NCBI GenBank assembly: GCA_047284725.1
Contig: JBJBEO010000001.1
Span: 480,001 to 544,000, forward strand
Direction: 5' to 3'
Length of the DNA stretch: 64,000 bases
From: Synechococcus sp.
GTDB lineage: Bacteria > Cyanobacteriota > Cyanobacteriia > PCC-6307 > Cyanobiaceae
Shown here: piece after piece, positions 58,010 through 64,000 of the stretch
Layout of the letters: each line of letters opens with the position of its first letter
Position numbering within the stretch: position 1 is the first letter of the stretch
Notes under the pieces: generated by a model
Databases searched by the model: none
What the model was told of the DNA's origin: nothing
What the model saw: only the letters and a program-made list of their open reading frames with translations
Translations under genes and position numbers: made by a program

Positions 58010-58206
58010 GTGTGGATGACAGGGGTCGTTTTCGTGTTAATCGGGCCAGGCGCCTCATGAATGCATCGGAAGCTACAAATTGATCACGCTAGGGGTTTGT
58101 GCTGATTTGATTGTGGTGTATTCAATACAATTTAGAAAAGGTATTGATTGAGTCTTTTTGAGGCTCGCCCTGTTTGGGATGGTCACTCCATATTCGATTT
58201 TTGGTC

Positions 58207-58293
58207 ATGGGCTTAATCCTGGGTCTTGTCTTGGTCGTTGCGGGGCTTTCCTTGCAAGCGTTTGAGGTGGATGATGATGAAGATTTCCTCTAG
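58207..58293 (+). CDS. Candidate 28-aa single-TM microprotein with acidic tail
   Basis: Hand translation MGLILGLVLVVAGLSLQAFEVDDDEDFL. Confidence 0.5.
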   Translation: MGLILGLVLVVAGLSLQAFEVDDDEDFL

Positions 58294-58663
58294 CGAGCAA
58301 AAAGTGTTCGCAACATGCAGGGATCACTCGTGAGCTAATGGGGGAATCGACAGTGCCGCACTCTGCACTAGTCGGCCACCACAGCATTCACAACCAATGC
58401 CCAACGCTGATTGCCGCTGAGGAGATGGATGCGTATCCACCTCCTCGAACACCTCTCCGACTTAATTGAAGATCTGGAGGGCGACTAACGGAACAGAAAA
58501 GGCATTCCGTAAGTTCAAGCAAGTAGGGAGCACCTCAGGCAGTCACATCTGAACCAGAGGCGTGGTGGCGTGAATGCTGGTTAGGAGAAGCGGGTGAGGG
58601 GACCCGCGGTCATCTCCCATGGCGTTGCAGTGGTGCTCGTGCCGGCTAAATCATCGCAGAAAA

Positions 58664-58676
58664 GAGAATCATTCTC
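58664..58676. promoter_or_regulatory. Fur-box-like palindrome
   Basis: GAGAAT-C-ATTCTC perfect 6-1-6 inverted repeat, similar to the GATAAT-C-ATTATC core of Fur boxes. Confidence 0.5.
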
Positions 58677-58778
58677 GCTGGGTCTTAATGCCTAATGACT
58701 GTTCAGGGATTCACGAGTCGGCACTTGGCCCACGACAATTGAGGAGAAGGCAGTGGTGCCTTTAATGCGTCACGCATC

Positions 58779-58816
58779 AGAGGGGGATGGCTGAGGGGCT
58801 GTCCCTCTTTTTTTTT
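58779..58816 (+). terminator. Orphan Rho-independent terminator
   Basis: AGAGGGGGATGGC-TGAGGG-GCTGTCCCTC followed by nine T. Confidence 0.7.
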
Positions 58817-59502
58817 GATGTCTGATAGGCGAAACGGGAAGGTCGACACGAGGCGATCCGTGATGCTGCAAGCTGCGTCGCGAGCGCCTGGTCCGGGCGG
58901 GGTGAGCGATGGGCCACGATTGCCACCCGTCTGGGCTGCTCACCATCAACTGCACGGAGGTGGGCCATGGCCTGACTCTCAGCTGATCCTCTTCAACGCT
59001 GGCCGCAGCAGTAAAAACAGGTTGTCTAATGAGGTCAGTCCATACTTGAAACCTTGCGGCCAATACTGACTCAACCTGACCCAACGACCAGGATTGTGTT
59101 GATCGTTCTGCTCCTGATGCAGCTCCCTTCACAGGCTCTTCAAGCCACCTGTGTCATCGACTTCGCCGCAGCTGTTGACGAGTCCTTGCCCATGCAGAGA
59201 AGGCTTGCTCTTGGCGTGTCCTTCTGCAACGGAGGGAGGGGCCGCTGATGCCCAGAGCAGCACAAGGACCAAGGCAGCTCAGCCGATCCCTTTCAACGCT
59301 GATCGCAGCAGCAACAACAGATCACCTGCAGCAATCTCCACCGGTGCATCCGGTGCCGCTCATGGCGATCTTTGCCCTGCCGAGACGTTGGCACGCGCCA
59401 AGCGAGTTCTTTTAGTCGTGAGCATCGTGCTCGATTATCCCGAGGCGATCGGCCTCAGGTCATCCAAGGCACGATGGCAACCTCAAGCACGGCCACTCAG
59501 CC

Positions 59503-59735
59503 ATGAGTCCCGCCAAACCGTGCAAGTTCACCCCACGCCAGGAAGCGGCCTCGGTCGATACGCCCCCGATCGCCTCAGAGAACTGGCAGACGATCCCAAG
59601 CTGGCACGTCTTGGTGGCGACCAACCCCAGCGCCTCTGCTGAGCGGCTCCTGGAGCTCTCACGCAGTGAGGAGAGGCGGTGCGTAAAGCCTGCACCAGCC
59701 ATTCCTATACACCAGTGGAAGCGATCTGGGGCACG
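59503..59735 (+). pseudogene. Frameshifted, truncated leucine-rich-repeat-variant (LRV)/HEAT-like repeat gene
   Basis: Joining alternating frames gives RQEAASVDTP/PDRLRELADDPKLARL/VATNPSASAERLLELSRSEE/AVRKACTSHSYTPVEAIW. Confidence 0.65.
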
Positions 59736-59819
59736 TGTTCGATCGCGCGGAGGACGAGGCCTCCTTCTCCCTTAGATAATGAAGGTATCTGTGGTGGTGA
59801 TCCAGCGGGTGCGGAGGTG

Positions 59820-61676
59820 TCAGGCGACCACCAGCTGTCCTGCCCCATTGCCCCTGGCTTCAGCCATGGCCTGTTGGGCGCGATCCAGCAGGCTGTCGGC
59901 TGTATCGGCTCCTGGCACGAAGCAGCTCACGCCCACGCATGCACTGCTGAAAAGCTTGGTGTCGGTCTCTGGGTTCAAGAGGTAAACCTGCGAAATAGCA
60001 TTGCGCAAGCTGTCCGCCAAGCTGAACGCGTCTTGTGGCTGGCAGCCAATGACCAGCACCACAAAGCTGTCCTGGCCGGGACGGTACAAATGATCTGTGG
60101 TGCGCAGCCTCCTGAGAACCGCCTTGGCCAGCCCCTGCAGAAGGGCATCGCCGGCGCGGCGGCCATGGCTTTTGTTGAACGCGCCGAAGTTATCCACATC
60201 CAGACAGATGCAGGTCAGAGCCTCACCGCTGCGCTTGCAGCGCTCTACTTCCTCCTGTAGTCGCTCTTCCAGAGCTTGGGGGTTGCCGCAGCCCGTGAGG
60301 GGATCGCGGCGCAGCAGGTTTTGCAACTCGCGGCGGGAGCTGTGCAGTTTGCCGTTGGCCAGCCGCAGCCGTTCGCTCAGCTGATTGGCCTGCCGGCTGC
60401 GGTCGTTGATCTGCTCGGCCAACTGACGCAGTTCGATGACGCCCGAGAGATGCAGAGGTACTAGTTCATTGCGCTTGGCTTCCAGCGGTGCCACCGCCAG
60501 AGAGAACTCGCGCTTCACTAGGCGGCCCAGCCACAGGCTCAGCCAGGCTGCAAGCAATACCGTAATGAAAATCACTCCCAGAAGGTAGGAGCTTTGCTGT
60601 TGCATGCGGATGACCGTTGGCCCGGCCGGCTGCACGACCTGGACCAAACTGGTGGTCGTCTTGTCGACGGTGGTCGCCTCGTACTGGTGGCTGTAACTCC
60701 AGTAGCCATTGACCCATTTTTTTAGTGTCGGTTTCTGGCCACGGGGGATCAGAAGCGCCAGCTCCTTGTTGTTCACATGGGCGCGGCCGCTGTCTTGGAA
60801 GTCGGTCTCGAGGCGGTCGAACAGCGCTGGATCCGAGCTCTGTACCAGGCCATCGCTATCGATTCGTCGGAAAGCCAGCTGATCATTGAGACCCTGCAGT
60901 AGTTCGGAGCTGTTCGAGCCGGGGGCGCGGGCGATGGCCATACTCAGGGTCTTCAAACCATCGAGCGCGCCGTTCTCCACTGCGAGCCCGATCTGGTCAT
61001 TGGCGATCAGGCTTAACAGCAGGGTGGGCATGATGACAGCCATCATCACCACCACAGCGATCAACCCTCGCAGCGAAATGCCGGGGCCCTTGCCGCGCTC
61101 AATCAGCAACCAGCGGATCATCAGCACGGCGGTCATCGCCAGAACCGTGTTGAAAACTCCGTTGAAGCTCTGCTTCACCGCCACCACGGTCACATTGGCC
61201 AGGTCGATCTGCATCACCACGCCGTAGAACAGCAGCACCAACGGCGCGCCGATCAGCAGCCAGTAGACGATCGAGTAGGACACCACCCTTCCGTCGGTGT
61301 CGTTGCGGGCCGGTCCGTTCCAACGATGAAGGGCCAGCCACAGCCAGGCCAGTTCGGCGGTGAAGATCAGCACCGCCCATGGATGGCCCCAGAGTCGAAT
61401 CGTCTGAAGGGCGGCGAGTGTGGCCATTGGCACCGCCCACCAGGTGCGCCAGAGCAACAGCGCAATCAGGGCCGGCAGCGAGCCGAGAAGCACATGGATT
61501 CCGTAGAACAGGGGTACCGGCAGGGTGTTCAGCGCCACCCCCAGGCCGCTTAGCAGTGCCAGCCAGCTCAGGCGTTGCTGACGATCACGCAGAACAGCCG
61601 TGGCTTGCTCGGGATGGCCCGAGGCCAGCAACTGTTTGGGGTTCGGCGTTTGGTCGTGAGGCAGTGCTTCAGGCAT
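59820..61676 (-). CDS. Multi-TM sensor protein with degenerate GGDEF domain (probable c-di-GMP receptor)
   Basis: DPLTGCGN, LDVDNF, GDALL, signature GQDSF, SACVGVS, LLDRAQQAM; N-terminal multi-TM block. Confidence 0.88.
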   Translation of the reverse strand: MPEALPHDQTPNPKQLLASGHPEQATAVLRDRQQRLSWLALLSGLGVALNTLPVPLFYGIHVLLGSLPALIALLLWRTWWAVPMATLAALQTIRLWGHPWAVLIFTAELAWLWLALHRWNGPARNDTDGRVVSYSIVYWLLIGAPLVLLFYGVVMQIDLANVTVVAVKQSFNGVFNTVLAMTAVLMIRWLLIERGKGPGISLRGLIAVVVMMAVIMPTLLLSLIANDQIGLAVENGALDGLKTLSMAIARAPGSNSSELLQGLNDQLAFRRIDSDGLVQSSDPALFDRLETDFQDSGRAHVNNKELALLIPRGQKPTLKKWVNGYWSYSHQYEATTVDKTTTSLVQVVQPAGPTVIRMQQQSSYLLGVIFITVLLAAWLSLWLGRLVKREFSLAVAPLEAKRNELVPLHLSGVIELRQLAEQINDRSRQANQLSERLRLANGKLHSSRRELQNLLRRDPLTGCGNPQALEERLQEEVERCKRSGEALTCICLDVDNFGAFNKSHGRRAGDALLQGLAKAVLRRLRTTDHLYRPGQDSFVVLVIGCQPQDAFSLADSLRNAISQVYLLNPETDTKLFSSACVGVSCFVPGADTADSLLDRAQQAMAEARGNGAGQLVVA

Positions 61677-61720
61677 CGCGAATCAGTGAGGGGGAGTCGC
61701 GCTCGGTGCACTCAGTGTGC

Positions 61721-61755
61721 TCTGGCTGTCTGGCTGTCTGGCGCTCTGGCGGTCT
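61721..61755. repeat. Four tandem 8-bp units TCTGGC(TG/TG/GC/GG)
   Basis: TCTGGCTG TCTGGCTG TCTGGCGC TCTGGCGG TCT. Confidence 0.75.
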
Positions 61756-62142
61756 ATTCCAGTCTGCTGAAAATCAATGCCTTTGCCATGCGGGGATAAT
61801 GCACGCAGACCCTCTGTTCGGGTTCCGGGCTAAGCAGATGGCGTTCCTCAATGTCGCCATGCCGCTGAGGATCGCCGCCTCTCTCCTGCGCCTGGCTATT
61901 GACAGTTGGCTTGCGGGGTGCAAGAAGGCACCAACAAGTCTGATACTGCCAAGCTCCGGCTGGCGAGGTACGAGTTTGTCTATCGGGCGGGCAGCGCGAC
62001 TTGCTTGCTCCCAATGGTCCAGATGAGCGCAACCTGGCGGCCATGCAGCGGGCGCAGGAGCAGCTCTGCCTGTTGACACCCGGCGATCCACTTCCCAGGG
62101 TGGGTGATAAGGCTGTCATCGCCACAACGGACTGAGGCCCAA

Positions 62143-63156
62143 ATGCCACATGCGTCTGAGCCATCCAGCAGCAATCAGGTTGTTTCCATAAGGCTGGTAA
62201 TCAGTTTTCTGGCTGTCCTGATCGGTGGCGCTTCAGGGCTGTTGTGGTTGCTCAGCCGCCAGAGCCAGGAGCTGGTGGTCGCGATTACCAGTTGGCCGGG
62301 CTACGAATACTTCTACTTAGCTGAACAGGAAGATCTGGGACGTCCTTTCGGGCTCGACCTCAAGATTCAGCAGTACACCTCGCTAGAGGATCAGCGGAAG
62401 GCCTTTGTCCGGGGAGAGATGCCGGCGATTGCTACAACCGTTCCCGAGGCGATCGCCATCTGCCAAGAGATGCCGGCCCGCTGTCCGCAGCTGGTACTGG
62501 TGCTCGATGAATCCAGTGGGGCCGACAGGATCGTTGCGCGCCGCGAGCTGGATGAACCGGTCCAGTTGCAGGGCCGCCGTATCGGACTTGAACGCTCGGT
62601 GCTGGGGAAGTTCCTGTTGGTGCGCAGCCAGGGAGACCGACCCACTGCCTTCGACCAGTTCCGACTGACGTACGACGGCCCTAAGGCCTTGGTGGATGGA
62701 CTGCAACGCGGTGATCTCGACGCAATCGTGAGCTATGCCCCGCACGACACACCTCTGCTCAAAGATCCCCGCTTCCGAGTGGTGTTCAGCAGCCGAGCAA
62801 TCCCCGGCGAGGTGGTGGATGTACTCGCAGTTGACCCAACCTATGCAAGCCGCCACCGCGAGAGGGTGAAGGCCCTTGTTCAAGTCTGGTGGGCGGCTCG
62901 CGCCTTCTCCCGTCGCTGGCCAGAGAAGTCGATCGCCACGATGGCCCAGCGCCAGCAGAGCACTCCAGAAGCCTTCCGACTCATGGAGGTGGACCTGAGC
63001 TACCCCGGCCCGGCGGATCAGCCTCGGCTTCTGGCCGCTGAAGGGCCGATCGCCAGATCGATGAAGACGATGGCCGCGTTGATGGAGGCCTCCGGTGCGA
63101 TCCCTGCCGGAGTGCCACTGCCACAGATCAGCACGGCCTATTTAGAGGCCCGGTGA
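62143..63156 (+). CDS. SsuA/NMT1(THI5)-like solute-binding protein with N-terminal TM anchor
   Basis: SWPGYEYFYLA, LDESSGADRIV, GDLDAIVSYAP, IPGEVVDVLAV. Confidence 0.85.
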   Translation: MPHASEPSSSNQVVSIRLVISFLAVLIGGASGLLWLLSRQSQELVVAITSWPGYEYFYLAEQEDLGRPFGLDLKIQQYTSLEDQRKAFVRGEMPAIATTVPEAIAICQEMPARCPQLVLVLDESSGADRIVARRELDEPVQLQGRRIGLERSVLGKFLLVRSQGDRPTAFDQFRLTYDGPKALVDGLQRGDLDAIVSYAPHDTPLLKDPRFRVVFSSRAIPGEVVDVLAVDPTYASRHRERVKALVQVWWAARAFSRRWPEKSIATMAQRQQSTPEAFRLMEVDLSYPGPADQPRLLAAEGPIARSMKTMAALMEASGAIPAGVPLPQISTAYLEAR

Positions 63157-64000
63157 TGAGCTATCTGCGCCAGTGGTTCGGGCGAGAAACACTGCTGCAT
63201 AGCCGTGTTCAGAAGAATCTGTGGATAGAGGTGGTGTTGGTGGCCACCGCAGCTTCGGCCCTGATGGCATTGGTTTCCGGTGCGGTTGTTCTCTACCAAG
63301 GGGTTAACCGCCTCCAGCGGCAGAGCAGTGATCTCCAGCGCCAGCTCAGCGATGGCTTCACCAGCTATCAGCCGCTCTACAACCTGCAACGTCAGCTGCA
63401 GCAAGCTTCTTCCTCCAGGGAGGCCCTGGGCGCCATGGTGTTCGACCGACGCGGTGTTGTCCTGGCTGCCTCCAACAACGCCCTGGTGGGCCTGACGCTG
63501 GAACAGGTATTGCAGCTTCCGGCCGAGCGCCGACTGAAGGCCCTGTTCCGCGACTGCCCCTCACTGTCCACACAGTTGGCCTGCCTCAGCCGCGAGACGC
63601 AAGTGTTCACCGGTCCGCTGCCAGTAATCGGCGGCGATGTGGCCCTGGCGATGCGCTCCTATCCCCTGTCGCTGGAAGATGGCCAGCGCTTTGGTGAGAG
63701 GGCGACTTTGATCACCGTCCGCGATTCACAGCCGGCCGCCCGCGAGGCGGTCTCCTACACGCTGATGGTGTTTCTAGCTGGATTGCTGCCACTGCTGATG
63801 GGCTGCGTCGGTCTGATGCTGCGCCTGCGCATTCACCTGATCCCCGAGCTGCTACGCCTGGCCCAGGTTGACGCCCTCTCCGGCGTGCTCAATCGCCGCG
63901 CCTTTCTGGAAACTGCCACCGATCTTCTGCAGAGGGCCCGCCAGATCAACATGTCAATCACTCTGGCGTTGATCGATATCGATTACTTCAAGAGGATCAA
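63156..64000 (+). CDS. Membrane-bound GGDEF-domain protein (TM-periplasmic sensor-TM-GGDEF); truncated by the window end
   Basis: Hand translation from ATG 63156: MSYLRQWFGRE..VVLVATAASALMALVSGAVVLY..LMVFLAGLLPLLMGCVGLML..LAQVDALSGVLNRRAF..LALIDIDYFKRI. TGATG overlap with the binding-protein gene. Confidence 0.85.
   Translation, partial: MSYLRQWFGRETLLHSRVQKNLWIEVVLVATAASALMALVSGAVVLYQGVNRLQRQSSDLQRQLSDGFTSYQPLYNLQRQLQQASSSREALGAMVFDRRGVVLAASNNALVGLTLEQVLQLPAERRLKALFRDCPSLSTQLACLSRETQVFTGPLPVIGGDVALAMRSYPLSLEDGQRFGERATLITVRDSQPAAREAVSYTLMVFLAGLLPLLMGCVGLMLRLRIHLIPELLRLAQVDALSGVLNRRAFLETATDLLQRARQINMSITLALIDIDYFKRI

Noticed and set aside
58117..58129. Possible NtcA site
   Set aside because: Spacing is GTA-N5-TAC rather than GTA-N8-TAC; kept only as an unidentified palindrome.
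58429..58488. 19-aa ORF MRIHLLEHLSDLIEDLEGD after GAGGAG
   Set aside because: Too short and could equally be the tail of a decayed gene; not enough support to call.
58815..59500. ORF-track entries 58815-59069, 58770-59132, 59054-59248 and 59151-59642
   Set aside because: Overlapping, conflicting frames without recognisable motifs; probably decayed sequence.
60190..60198. Perfect TTATCCACA DnaA box
   Set aside because: Single copy inside a coding region, explained by the DVDN codons of the GGDEF domain.
61677..62142. c-di-GMP riboswitch or extra gene in the divergent spacer
   Set aside because: No GEMM-like motif recognised by eye and the short ORFs are unconvincing; an Infernal search would settle it.

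Overview
This 64 kb window comes from a GC-rich alpha-cyanobacterium, most likely a marine Synechococcus; that is inferred from gene order and protein sequences, not from a database hit. Bases 1 to about 56,030 are core genome: ccs1-ccdA, ftsW, apcE-apcABC, cpcM, both ATP synthase operons (with an ATPC RNA motif), ald, nadE/nadD, pepP, groES-groEL with a CIRCE operator, secG, gpmI, pyrR, rpoZ, murD, tRNA-Val(GAC), serA, prmA, petF, psbV, rnz and a spoIID-nagB-5-oxoprolinase run. Two things stand out in the core part: ApcE has four linker repeats, the last two looking like an internal duplication, and there is a DnaA-box cluster away from any dnaA/dnaN. From about 56,050 to the window end lies an accessory region. 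It holds three small two-Cys secreted proteins, three 27-28 aa hydrophobic micro-ORFs around an A/T-rich divergent promoter, a Fur-box-plus-terminator candidate sRNA and a frameshifted LRV-repeat pseudogene. It ends with a candidate c-di-GMP sensing module: an orphan solute-binding protein coupled to a membrane diguanylate cyclase (truncated by the window), divergent from a degenerate GGDEF protein with an intact I-site. All calls are by eye; no searches were run.
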